The notes under the pieces were generated by a model, which ran no database searches, was not told the origin of the DNA, and saw only the letters and a list, made by a program, of their open reading frames with translations. A program made the position numbers and the translations under genes. Below are positions 14,286-26,973 of a stretch of DNA of 64,000 nucleotides, one piece after another (position 1 is the stretch's first letter; each line of letters begins with the position of its first letter). The stretch spans positions 124,001 through 188,000 of the forward strand of contig NW_021832227.1 of the NCBI RefSeq assembly GCF_006345805.1, in the 5' to 3' direction. This DNA comes from Octopus sinensis (taxonomy: Eukaryota).

Positions 14286-14782
14286 CAAAAAATAATGCGA
14301 TTTAATCAACTAATAGTGGTAATATTTCAGGATTAGTTGCCGTTAGTATTTTGCCTAGATTTAAGTAATTACCATTTTAAGTAATTAATTTATGTTTTCT
14401 AAAAGTCGTTTGGAGTATTTTGAAATAAAAACTGAACAAAGATTAAATTTCTTAGGTTCATCTTAGTACAGAACCGAAATTAGTTGAGATTTTTATAGCA
14501 TATCTCACAGGAACATAAACAAAAAAGGTCATATTTCCACACGTGCCACTTTTTCTAGAGGTTTCTCCGCGGGAATGTTGTTCGAAGTCGTTCATGAAAT
14601 TGATAGCATTCCCCAAGTTTTCCGGGTGAAATCTCCATTAGTTTGAAGAGCGTAAATTTGTCGGTCGACACAAAGTCGGCATCATTAGTTAATAAGAAAA
14701 ATAATTCGTTAATTTTTGATTGAATTTTTATTTAAACATATTAAAATATCGTGATTAACTGGATCTTGTGGACCGTTTATAG

Positions 14783-15601
14783 ATGTATCGACGATTTGAG
14801 ATGAAAACAAAAATAATCACAAGTCCTACAGATAAAATCACCTCAACAAAATTATTAATCGAAATTAATATCAAATATGCTAACACAGTAACATTAATGC
14901 AATAATTTTAAGATTATAAAAGGTGTTGGACAGTTTATTACAGCAGACCACGTGATCGCTTTTACCCAAGCAATCCACCTTCCAAACGGAGCACACCTCT
15001 ACTACGGTTTGTGACTATTTATATTCGTAGTCAAGTTTGTCGCTATTGTCTTTCAACCTTTCAAAGGAGAGATTATTCTGGGTGAAGTTATTAAGATTAC
15101 TTCATTTGGAATTAGACGTAATATGTATGCTTATTAAATCAGTTTCTGTCAATTTCTTTCGAGATATTTATATCCGGCCTGAAAATTTACCTACTCCGTC
15201 TTATTAGTGAGGATTTTTTTATTTATACAGTGATGAAGATAATAATAGTTGGATTTGGGAAGTCAATAATGACCCCAGTGAAGACCCGACTAGATTTCCC
15301 ATAAGTGTTGGAGATGTTGTCAGGTAACTAAATTATTAAAATACATAATTAGAATGAGAGTTTTGAGTGGAAGATTTGAGAATGTAACTCCATGGAAGCC
15401 CTGTTCAAACAATATAGATATCAATTTGGAGTTTATTTAGTAATAATGTGCTTAGTAAAGTTGAAGATGTTGAGGGAGACGGGAAGCAGGTTGTTGATGT
15501 GATGGGGAAATGTCGATATTTTATTGAGGTTGTCATGTTTTAAAATTTTAAAGGCCTCTGTTTTTCAACCTGGATTGGGTCCTGTTGTTTGGTGGACATG
15601 A
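14783..15601 (+). CDS. POLR3H: RNA polymerase III subunit RPC8/RPC25
   Basis: Spliced product ...INIKYANTIIKGVG...VFQPFKGEIILG...FFRDIYIRP...WIWE...GLGPVVWWT* fits the RPC25 pattern. Missed by the ORF track because of micro-introns. Confidence 0.85.
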
Positions 15602-16456
15602 ACTTTTATTATTCTTTTTCTACAATAAATATTTGCTTTAAAATTAATTTTATCGGGTTCAAGAAAACCGTTCTAAACGGTGACTAGAGAATTAAGATGA
15701 TTACTTGTTGAAAGAGATTCAAGTAACTAGATGTAGAAGATTAGGCGACTACTTCTGCTTATTAATGTTTATTTTCACAATTTTTACAATTTTCGAACTT
15801 ATTTGATCTAGCTACGAAGAACTGTATCAACCTTCATTTCTTGTATTATTGAATTGGACCGATTGCCAGTTGGGCTTAGATCAGTATATCCTGGTCTAGG
15901 TGGAGTTTTCTGTTATAAAAAAACTCTAGAGATTAGCTCGTTTGATCTTCAGCAATCCAGTCATTTTCTAACATTTAGTCAGCAAAGACACTTTTCTGTA
16001 GTGGACCTTTTTGAGGTCTACAGAGGCGGAGAAGAAATGAAAGGGGCATGCACTCTTCTAAACTCTGAATATGCAGAACTCCAATTGTTCATATGTAAAA
16101 AAATAATAAATTTGATCTAAAAATGTCATTTTCAAGTCAAATTTTTTATTGTTTACCATAAAGAAGGTAAAAAGATAAATTGAAATTTCAATAGAAAGTA
16201 AATTTTCGAGTAAAGTCGAACAATTAATAATTAATTATAAAACAATGAACGCATTATGAATACCACAACTCGTCATAATCTTAAAACATTCTTTATCTAT
16301 TGTGTTAAATACAAAATTTCTAAATATTCAAAAAAATTTCGTTTTTATTGACATTAATACCACAAGTAATTATTCTAATTGAATGACCTAACATTCCTGC
16401 ATTAGTGTGGTTTATTAATTATCAGAAATGTTAGTGAATTATATTAATTATGGAAT

Positions 16457-17845
16457 TCAAAGCATTGATAGATAGTCCACCATTTCCGATATGTTTCTCC
16501 CGTTGTTGTTTCGATTCCATTCTCTTTGCTCAAAATTGTTCATAACTTCGATAATATTTTCAGGGAATGTAAAAGCAAGCAGTTCTTCATTTCTAGGTGT
16601 TGTGGGACTAACAATTTCACCTAAACATCACATTATAGTACCAACTTGTATTAATAACTTGGGCTTCTCCGGATTCCAAAGTTAGCTCACAATATCCACG
16701 ACGACTTTTTATAAGTTCGACAACTTTGTTGTGACTTAGATTAATAACGCTGGTCCCATTCACTTGAGTTATCACATCGTTTTGTTCAAGTTGTGCTCTA
16801 TCCGCAGGAGAATTAGGAATGACGGAGCTTATAACATGAGAGGATTCATTCATAGATAATGTAAATCCAAAACTTTCTCCTTTTTTAGAAGTCAATCTGC
16901 ATATTCGAGGATATTCCACATCTTTAATAATCCGTATATCAACAAACCTTCTACAATGTTGGTAAAATACTCAATGGATGGCATTTGGTTAGAAATCTCA
17001 ATTCCGTTATCTGTATAGTAACTCCAGGAAACAGGATCTACAAGAAGGAGGGTTATCTCTGATGGTCCATTTCTAACTCGAGCAACAACTTGTTCGTGTG
17101 TTTCATCTTGTACATTACTTCTATTTACTTCGATCACAATGTCCTCATTTCGAACACGAGCATTATAAGCAGGAGAATCTTCAATTACGGTTGAAATCAC
17201 ATGTCTTGGTGAATTTTGCGAATACGTAATACTAAATCCATATGTTTCTGACCCGTTCATTCTTATTGTGCATTCTCGTACAGTGTAACTTGGAGACACT
17301 GCTTGTTCTGGGACTTGTATTGTGTCCTCGTCTTGTAAAGGCTGTTCAGGTACTGTGTTTTCAGGTAGCGTATTTTGAATTTCTTCTTGAATTATTTCAT
17401 TTTGAGTCTCATTTTGAATTTCTTGCTGAATTGGTTCTTCTTGAGGTTCGTTTTGAACTTGTTCCTGGACTGGTTCATTGGGAATAGGTTCTTCAATTTC
17501 TTGCTCGCTTTGAACATTTGGCTCCTCCACTTCCGGTGATTGAGGAGTAGATATCAAAGGAGTTCTTAAAGACTCGTCTCGATTAACTTGGAGAGAGACA
17601 GTGAGTTTAGATTTTTTAATTTTTTTGATAAGTTTTGCGTGGGATAAATTAATTGCATCTTCTCCATTGACCATGACTATACGATCTCCGACTCTGAGAC
17701 CTGCTCTCTCTGCAGCTCCGTCTGAAATGATGTTCATTACATTGTGACTGTTGTCCTCCTGCTGTGTTTGTATGAAGAAACCCAAGCGTTTGTCAGGCTG
17801 GTTAACGTCGATCTCAATATTAACAGACTTTAGTGTGGAAATCAT
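16457..17845 (-). CDS. NHERF/PDZK1-like scaffold with three PDZ domains and an E/Q/P-rich linker
   Basis: PDZ carboxylate loops LGFFI, YGFSI and FGFTL with matching ..H..VV..I helices; spliced C-terminus EMVDYLSML resembles an ERM-binding tail. Confidence 0.85.
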
Positions 17846-17960
17846 ACAGATAAAAATATAATTAATCTATTGTGTGGTTAAAGGGTTTACAAATAAAAAC
17901 AACTTTTAGAAAAAAAAATTTAACTAAACTAAAATTAATTAAAATTGATAATTGTATGGA

Positions 17961-19236
17961 CTATAATATTAAAATGTATTTATACATTTGAAAATGTTCC
18001 TTGCAGCTGAGAAATTTGTTAAAAAGTAATGTTTTCCAATTTTCAAGTGTCATATTGGCCGAATCATAGGAATCATCATAATATATTGGCTTAGGCTAAA
18101 ATATTAAAACAAAAAATAACCGTAATATCCTCCTGAGTTGTCCACATACTTATATACGGATGAAATAGCGCTTCATTTACTGAAATACGAGTATCACTAT
18201 CGTAAGCAAGCATTCTCAGCAAAAGATCTCTCGCATAGAATGTATTGAGAGATCCATACTCGTCGGGCGGAAAAATTTGATTGGGAAATATTTCCAAAGG
18301 GTGTTTAGTGGAAGGAGAACGCAGATCCACATAAAGTCTCATCTTCTCACTCAGTTTATACAAAAAGGACTCTGGGGGTCTACCGAGGACTTGTAATATG
18401 GGACGCAGGCGGTCTTTAATATATAATCAAGATTATACCTCCTGTAGGTTTTCCCGCTTCTTTAAATAGAACCTTCCCGGTAAACATTTCTGCTAGAATG
18501 CAACCCAGGGACCAAACGTCGACTAAGAGTGAGTTTAAAAAAATACCTTTCTCGTTATATTCAATCTTAAAAGAGATTTCCGGAGCCCTGTAATTGTGAC
18601 TGACGACATATTCAGTCATATCCTCACCACAAGCCCTCGATAGCCCAAAATCAAGGAGTTTGAGAACCCCATCTCCCATTGCGCCAATATTACTCGGTTT
18701 CAAATCCTGAGAAATATATAAATATATATACTCTATGTATTATATTATACGAGTGTAGACTCTTTAGAGCTGACAAGATTTGGTAGCACAGATATGAGAT
18801 AAGTTTGTGGGTTTTGTCGCTCATGATGACATACTGAAGGACTGACTCCATCGGCTCCATCACGATGTACCTGCGGAAATAATCTAAGAGAAGAGAACAG
18901 GTCATTGAAAGATTCGTAGTCTTTTGCTTGTGTAAATATATCCTTCATGTGAATAATCTACTATTTATATCATTGAAATGTACATTTGGGTGTTTCATGG
19001 AGAACATGACCATCATTTCTCGATATGTTCTTTTTGCAGTATCCACATCACGAAATATATTGGAAATTTTCTTTATTGCTACATATTCTGCTCGTTCCGT
19101 ATCAAAACAGTAGCTATAAATATTTATGACTGCTTTTTACATACTAAACTCCTCCCTGTGCTCCATGTTCTATCAATTTGAGTTTATAATATCTTTGGTT
19201 TTCTCCAATATAATGAAAATCACGCCCGTACTCCAT
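17961..19236 (-). CDS. JNK: JNK-family MAP kinase (divergent)
   Basis: GAQG glycine loop, VAIKK, AKRTYRE, ISYLCYQ, HRDLKPSNI, DFGLSR, YRAPE and ARDLLLRML..RISVNEALFHPYI after removing micro-introns. Confidence 0.85.
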
Positions 19237-19707
19237 TTATGTTAACAAATACGCCAATCAATTTTATATTTTAATTATTAAACGCTATGAAATTAACATT
19301 TTTTAGCATCGATTTATCAACACACTCAAACGTTTGATCATGTCCCTGAATAACTATTGATTTATACATTTTTAGTCAAAAAAATGATTCCCAAGACAAG
19401 ACAAGGTCGAGTCCTCTGATCTAAAATAACATATCAGACGGAAGTCACGTGGGAAAAATGACCATGACTGTCTTTCTAAACAAGGAAACCGCAGGATTAG
19501 GTTGAAATTTACGGTTAATTTTTCCCTGACAGGCTTTAATTAAATGTGGATGAGCCTTTAACAAGAAAACTGAAGAATTTTGGCTTTAAAAATTATTTCT
19601 ACATCAGATTTTTATTTTCAGACATTTCAGCAAAAAATATGTGTTGTTGACTATTTTTAAGATTTAATAAAAAATATTTTTGGACATTTAAATTTATTGA
19701 TTTATTA

Positions 19708-20470
19708 TGTCGCTGACAGCCTGACCTACATGGTTTGAAATTAAATTAAAAACGAAAAAAGTAAATAGCAGAAATAAATTATAAGTAAAAAAATAGGAAA
19801 ATACCAAAATATTGTAAACGCACTACTCCAAATACCCGTACAAACTACATCTAAATCCGAAAAATGCAAACTTATTAAAAAGCGAATCAATTTATGATAA
19901 TTGATGATCGGTATATTTGATATTCCTAATTCATAGTCTCTATCTAAAGGACGATAATAACCAAAAACACAAATTGGTTATCTGTTTGGACAATGAAATG
20001 GAGATGAAGACACTGGCATTCGCTATTCACCAAGAATGCCACTGGGGAATACTAAAGCTTCATAAGAAGTGCTGGAAAACAATGGTTAAGAAAATCGTAT
20101 CGTGTGTAGCATGTATGGGAATATGACTTATTTTGTTATTGTTTCTACGGAAGTGATATTTTTCAATACAAATCCAGATATTAATTAAACTTTTTCTGTT
20201 CGCTACATCCTTTATTCGCAAAGTGATTCAGGTAGGCGACCTAATTTTTGGCAGTATAGAACCTAGATATGTGATTAAGGGACTCGACTTGAAACTTAAA
20301 TTGGTGTATAACTTGGAAAAATTAGAGTACTACATACATCTCTATTTGTGAGGATTCTACAAATCATGTCTTATTCATCCATGATTTGAAACTTAAGGAG
20401 GAATAATAAGGATGTGATTATTTAATCTAAACTGAATTGTTTGGGAAATCATTTTGAGAAATCAGCGACA
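19708..20470 (+). mobile_element. Degenerate Ginger/gypsy-integrase-like element
   Basis: Termini TGTCGCTGA ... TCAGCGACA flanked by direct ATTTATTA; internal ORF has an H..H..CxxC integrase zinc-finger-like pattern (IHQECHWG...SCVAC). Confidence 0.5.
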
Positions 20471-20603
20471 ATTTATTATGTCGCGCCCCACGGTACGGGT
20501 ATTAGGAGTAGTGCATTTACAATATTTTGGTATTCATTGTCATTTTGGTATTAACTATGAATTAGGAAAAACAAATATACCGATCATCAATTATCATAAA
20601 TTG

Positions 20604-21198
20604 CAACATTTCTGAATTATATAACAGCCTGGCGGATTGCCAAACTGTTTCCTCGGATAATGGCGATCGAGAACCGTTGCATTAGCCAGTCCGCTTCCCG
20701 AGGATCATGGGTGCGCATTGAGATTTTGGCTCCGAGCTTGCGAAGGAACTTTTCAGTTTTTGGACCGAGAGGACCCGACGTCTCTGCCGCGATCGGCACC
20801 ACGGAAAACTCCTCCGAGAGGGCAGAATATTTTGATAGGTTTAATAAATCTTCAGTCTTCTTAGCTGCAGATTTAGCCTCCAGAGCACACGAAGTTAAGT
20901 GAGAAGCAGAAAAGGTGTCCCAGCAGGTTGCATCCTATACGAGGCCTTTTCCGCCTTCAAAGGGGAAAAGGGTCATCCCGTCAGGACGTTTCCCGTCGCC
21001 GCGGTCAAGACCCGGTGGTTCGAGGACCGAAGGAAATCCCGCCGAGTCGAGGGCCCTCCGTATGATGTCATTCATAGCAGAGTGCCTCGGGAAACGTCCG
21101 GCACTCCTCTTGCACGATAAAGGGTGCAGACCGAAAGGGTCAACAGTGCAGCCACAGCGGCACGTGTGCGGGACACATTGCCTTAGTCCGAATTTACT
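20604..21198 (-). mobile_element. CRE-like RLE non-LTR retrotransposon, 5'-truncated
   Basis: [31 protein letters not shown] and RFSIAIIRGN; flanked by TAAATTG; interrupts an inverted copy of 19802-19940. Confidence 0.85.
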
Positions 21199-21459
21199 TA
21201 AATTGATTCGCTTTTAATACGTTTGTATTTTTCGGATTTAGATGTAGTTTGTACGGGTATTTGGAGTAGTGCATTTACAATATTTTGGTAAAAATCTAAA
21301 TTAGTTAAATTTATTTTTAATCAGGAATTGACCCTAATTAGTTCATTTCTCATATTAAGATTTTTCTGAATCTATTTTGAAAGTTTAATTTATATTTAAA
21401 CATTTTTCTTTAAAAATTTAATATAATTACTTTTTAATCTTAATTGATTTTATTTTAAA

Positions 21460-22104
21460 ATGATGCAAAGTTGGTTTGTTGATGATAATTTAGAATCCTT
21501 GTTTAACCTAAAATTCATTGCCAAATCGTTAGAACGTAATGCTGTCAAATGCGAAAAAGAAGAAAGAAATGAACGAGCTAAGCTAAAAAAGTCTTTGATG
21601 AAAGGAGAACTCGAATTTGCCAAAATATACGGAGAAAATTGTATACGGCAAAAACAACAGGCTCTCAGCTGTCGACGAATGAGTGCTCGTGTCGATTCTG
21701 TTGCAGCCCGAGTAAATTCCGCGATAATGACAGGCCAATTAACACGGAATGTTAGCAAAGTTACACAGTCAATGCAGTCTGCATTATCTAAAATGGACTT
21801 GGAAAAAGTAATTTGCTCAAATAACTCAGATCACTCTTCTAATGGATAGTTTTGAGAGGCAATTTGACAATTTGGATGTACAGACGTCGGTTATGGACAC
21901 TTCTATAGCCGGATCCTCGGTCTCCAACACACCTTTGGCGGAGGTGGATGCATTGATGAAGCAATTGGCTGAAGAGAATGGGTTTGGGACGTTTTTTATT
22001 TTAGCATTGACCTTGATTTTATGCTGGATTCTTCCCAAACGTCGACTGACACTGATAAGACACAGACAGACTTGGCCAACCGTTTGGCAGAGCTGAGAAA
22101 ATAA
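21460..22104 (+). CDS. CHMP1: ESCRT-III subunit CHMP1/Did2
   Basis: LFNLKFIAKSLERNAVKCEKEE..IYGENCIRQK..ARVDSVAARV..MDSFERQF..DLANRLAELRK*; two micro-introns. Confidence 0.93.
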
Positions 22105-22460
22105 ATATTATTTAATTATTATTTTTACGATTGAATATTTTTAAATTAAATTTGTCTAAGTTTTGGCAGGAAACTAATTTTTTGAGATCTCATATGAAAA
22201 TGTTTTTTTATTTTTTTGCAATCGCAGTGGACGAGATGATATTTAAGAATGTTTTTGTGCATGTCGGATTCTCCACGAATGACTTGCTTTGGCGGAATGT
22301 GAATATTGACATTCCGTGCAGTCTTTAGCCAAATAACGGTTTATTAATTGCATATTTTGAATATATAAAATTGACTAATTTTTCAATCAAAAGAGATGGA
22401 AATTATTAAATCGATTAATCAATGTATTTTTAATCAACCTATTCAACTGTAAAAAATTTT

Positions 22461-23466
22461 GGTACTTTTGTCGAAGTGGTCGCAGTTTTTTTAGGCCTTT
22501 TAAAAAATCTAATAATTTTTGAGGTGGAATATATTATATTTTATTTAAGTCGCTCTATCAATAATTTAAAATATTATTAAATTTTTTACTAATTTATTTT
22601 CTAATTTTTTTAATATTATGGCGAGCATGTACCTAATATTGATATAAACTGGCACTATAGGTCACATGGAAAATTCTGTTGTGGACTTATGCAACATCAA
22701 ATTCCGACAGCTCCCAATAAGTAAGGAGGATGCAGTGCATTTTCTGCAAAATGTGGATATCCTTTCAAAATCACGTATATGTCCGAAGGGACATCAGATG
22801 GAATTAGTCTTGGGACCGAAGCTCAATTGGAAATGCTCAAGAGTTGGTTGTAGAGTCCAACGCGGATAGGAGCAGAGAAACACTGCTCAGTCTAGTAATT
22901 CGATATGTCGAGGTGGGAAGCATTATTTATAGTGACTGCTGGAAAGGTTAGCATTATTTGATTAACATTTAGGGTATTCAACTGATCAATTGGTGAAAAC
23001 GGCTACACACACGAAACCGTTAACCATAAGTAAGGAAATATAATATATTCAGAAAATTCTTTGTGGATCCAACGACGGGAGTGCACACCCAGACAGTAGA
23101 ACGAATGTGGGGAAGTGCAAAATGCAAGAATAAAGCTCAAAGAGGAGCTGTAAGACATCATCTGGGATCTTATTTCGCAGTTTTTTTTAGTTAGTTATTT
23201 TTTCAGAATTATGTGGCGAAAACAAATACAGAACTATAAGGAATGTTTTGCACAGATTGTAAAAGACATAAATTCCTTCTACAGTCCTGGAATTTGGATG
23301 CCGCGTACTAAAAATGACTAAATTGGTTAAATAATTTTTAAATAATTTTAATAACCATTTAAATTATTGATAGAGGGTTATAAATTAAATAATCTATTTT
23401 TCACTAAAAAAATTAATTAATTTTAATTATCTTCTAAAAAAACTGCGACCACTTCGACAAAGTACC
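22461..23466 (+). mobile_element. Merlin (IS1595/ISXO2-like) DNA transposon, internally deleted
   Basis: About 34-bp TIRs GGTACTTT(T)GTCGAAGTGGTCGCAGTTTTTTTAG, 8-bp TSD AAAATTTT; spliced remnant IYSDCWKGY, TVNHKKFFVDPTTGVHTQTVERMWGSAK. Confidence 0.92.
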
Positions 23467-23512
23467 AAAATTTTTAGATGTAAAAGTTTTGTATTATAAA
23501 TGCCAAACTTGG

Positions 23513-23795
23513 TAGCTTTCCGAAGCTCCTGGGTTCGAATCTCACTGTCATCGTTTCGGCCGAAGGTTCCATGCATATTACATGCAGCCCGGATTGACGA
23601 GTGACGCCGTCAATAGTGATACACCACTGCGGAACCGGATGTCTACATCGCCACAAACGAGAAACACAGATGGAGCAGAGACCTCGTTCGAATTCCCCTC
23701 GTTCGGATTAGCTAGTTACTAAATAACATGTTCTCTCTCTGTGTTGCACATGCGGGGCTATAAAGATTATGGCTTTCGTGAAAAGTGCTATAATA
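23513..23795 (+). mobile_element. Candidate SINE (about 280 bp)
   Basis: Direct repeats ATTATAAATGCCAAA(C/T)TTGG at 23493 and 23796, B-box-like GGTTCGAATC at 23532, and a TAATAA tail. Confidence 0.55.
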
Positions 23796-23839
23796 ATTAT
23801 AAATGCCAAATTTGGATTCCAAATTCGTTTTTTATTGCC

Positions 23840-24300
23840 GTGTTTCTTAAAATCCTATCCGTTATTTTCAACTAGGGTTCTCTGTTGGGCGCAATTTCTC
23901 TATAGTTGTCTAGGTCGTCCGCCGACTTTAGTCGCAGATCAACCGTCAATAGGCCTGCATTTAAAATGGTCAAAAGTGTCGCTTTTGATCTTCTAGAGAA
24001 TCTAGACTCTGTTTACACGAAGAAATGATCCATTGTGTTTTTTATTCTAATTTAGTACTTTCGTGATGCTTCTGCAATGTTTTGTCGAGATTGTAATATT
24101 ATGTGGCATTTTTGGTGGTCTCAAAATATCTCATCCGTTAATCCTGAAAATCTAGAATCTTGAAACGCATTTTATATGGACAAAAGCGTTTTAATTTGAT
24201 TTTGACAAAGTTATCCATCAGTATAGAGTGTTATTTTGATACTACTTTAGTGCACCTACAAAAAGTGAACAATTTTCTAAAGTGTGCATTATTTAGGGTA
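23840..24300 (-). mobile_element. 3' fragment of an RTE-like LINE, homologous to 36570-36740
   Basis: Clear nucleotide similarity to 36570-36740; peptide RSKATLLTILN..L..DDL..REIA.NR is typical of LINE C-termini. Confidence 0.6.
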
Positions 24301-25034
24301 GCGCATTGTCAATGTGTGTAAATTCTCATTTTTATTAAAATCAATAATTTATTTAGCTTAAAGGAGAAAGCTTACTTTGTAAAAAAAATTGATTTTCCTG
24401 TTCAGATAAATCATTATGTTTCAATCTTCTTTTGATGGTCAGAAACCATTCAGTTATTTGATAGAGAAATACGTTAATCAAAATTTTGAGTTTAATTACG
24501 TTTTAAGTTAGATGCTACTTATAAAATGATTGCTGCCTTTTCTTGAAATTGTTTTTAGACATCTTTGCCACTAATTCAGCATAGGTTGAGAGGAATTAAC
24601 CACAAAATTTTTATTAGCCTGATTATTTTATAAAAAAATAAATCAATCAAAGCATGAAAAACATTTTTAGTAAGAAAAGATTATTCTGACTGTGCAACCA
24701 ATTTAAATTAGTATTATTGTGGGAGACCAGAGAAAATCAAAGATGGTTCAAAATAAGAAATTGATAGAGAGATAAAAGAAATTTTAATAATATAAAGTTC
24801 TTTAAAAATTCCTAACAAATCTATTTCAGCTTTTATCTGTTGAGGCATCAGAAAGGCATAATCTTTCTTTTGTATGATTTGGATTTTTCAGTGACAGAAA
24901 AAAAATTGGTATTTTTTTAAGCTCGTAATTTTGAGGTATTGCGTATGAAACCTTTGAAATATTGCTGACAAATCAACCACATGTTAAATTATTATAAATT
25001 CTCAATTGACTTATTTAATTTAGATATAACTTCA

Positions 25035-26726
25035 ATGCAGGTAAGACTAAAGAGAAATCTGACTTTTTTAAATGGAGTGGGGATAATCATGGGATATATG
25101 ATTGGAAGTGGCATATTCATATCAGCCTCGACCGTGGTGCGAGTATAATTTCCTTCTTTACAATATTTCAGGACTGTGGTTCGACGGGGCTTAGTTTGGT
25201 GGTATGGGCACTGACAGGGTTCATTTCCTTAGCAGGAGGGTTGTCCTATGGAGAATTGGGATCTGCCATAACAAAATCTGGGGGGGAATACGCGTACTTA
25301 CAAAAAGCCTACGGAAACTTTTTTGCATTCCTATATTCATGGACACTGCTTGTAATAGTAATGCCAGCCAGTACGTCAGTGAAGGCTTTGGCATTCGGAT
25401 ACTACACTCTCAAGTCTATCTATCCTGCATGTGATCCTCCTATATATCTAATACTACTTGTGTCTGATCTTTCCATAAGTATTTGTTTTAATTCATCAAT
25501 GATAGTTCTTCTCGCTGGAATCAACTGTCTGAGTGTTAAATTCTCTTCAATAATTCAAAATATATTCACAGGTGCAAAAGCCATTTCTCTGATTATTATA
25601 ATTGGAGCAGGACTTAACGAAATAAGAAAAGGTAGAAATATAATTATCAGACTAGATCCCACCATTATTTATAATATCAACATGAATGGCACTTCAAATC
25701 AAGCTGGACCTATAGCACTCTCTCTTTACGCAGGAATATTTACATATTCCGGATGGTTGGGAATTGTTATTTAATTGCAGGAATTGTCTTAATTCGATTA
25801 GCGAGGAAATTGAAAACCCCAAAAAGTGTGAATTTTTTAATATTGTAGAAATCTTCCACTGGCTATAGTCTTCTCGGTGGTCTCCCTCATAGCAATATAT
25901 ATGTTTGTCAACCTGGCCTACTTTGTTGTCATCCCCAAACAAGAACTTTTGGCGACCAGCACAATTGGATTAGTTCTCTCTTCATTTTTTAATATTTTAG
26001 TCTTTCGGAAAAGAAATATCAACACTAATGTATACAATCCTTCCCATCTTCGTCACCCTCTCGACCTTTGGAAGTATGAATGGAGGATTTATGTCTTTGT
26101 CAAGGTAATTTTATTTTCCTTTTTTCAGAGCTTTTTTTGCTGCAGGAAGGGACGGAAATCTTCTTCGGTTGTTCTCCCTGGTCACAATAAATCTGAAGAC
26201 ACCAGCAGTCCCCCTGATTTTTACGGTATCTCAACATTATCACTGTAGGCTCTGACTTCCTTTATCATCGTCTCAGCTAATGATATTGATTCGATCGTTA
26301 ATTTTACTACTTTTGCTGAAACTCTGTTCCAGGCGTTGACAATTTCCACTATTTTTTACATGAGAAAGTACGACAAGGAATACAAGCCAGCATTTAAAGT
26401 AACGGTAACCCATCATCCACAGGTCAATATATTTTTTCCAATTTTCTTTATAATGGTCTCAATCTATCTCCTTTCAATCACACTCTATACCAAACCAAAG
26501 TGGTGTGGAGGAGCCTTCCTCATCATTCTGGCTGGAACCCCAGTTTACTTTATTACTGTAAAAGGAATTTCAAAAAATTCAAAATATAAGGAACTTTCAA
26601 GTAAATTCATTTTCTATTGCCACAGAACGCTTTTCGATCTTTTTACAAACTATCCTTGTTTCCGACTTTGCAAAAGAAGAAGATTTGTACCTTACCGAAG
26701 AGGCCACTCTTACTGAGTTACTTTAA
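25035..26726 (+). CDS. SLC7: SLC7 L-type amino-acid transporter light chain (LAT/b0,+AT family)
   Basis: MIGSGIFIS, SYGELGSAITKSGGEYAYL, YPACDPP (heavy-chain Cys), YSGWN..EEIENPKKNLP; about 10 introns of 23-29 nt. An upstream exon cannot be excluded. Confidence 0.93.
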
Positions 26727-26973
26727 CTAATCATACTTGTTTAAATAATTTTGGTGCTATTTAAATCTTAATTCTTTAATTGTGGACAGCAAATTGTGTT
26801 TTTTGTGGGATTATCGACTTCTAGAAAGTCACTAATATGCGCTTTTCAAAAGTTCTAAACGATAACCTTAAGCCAATGAAAAGAACAATAAAGAAATCTA
26901 AGGTTACTTATGGTTTCTCTTGTTATTACGAATTAGTATTTTTTAATTTTGTTATTAATCCTCGGAATGTTAG

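Noticed and set aside
14400-14700. snRNA or RNase P/MRP gene, or small ORF, in a GC-richer patch
   Set aside because: No diagnostic motif recognised; it would need a covariance-model search.
15690-16100. Small spliced gene on the minus strand
   Set aside because: Coding-like, but no consistent frame or family could be established.
22289-22320. Hairpin CGGAATGT-GAATATTG-ACATTCCG as a terminator or Helitron end
   Set aside because: Isolated 8-bp stem with no supporting element structure.
23521-23560. tRNA gene
   Set aside because: Only a T-loop/B-box motif; no cloverleaf could be folded.
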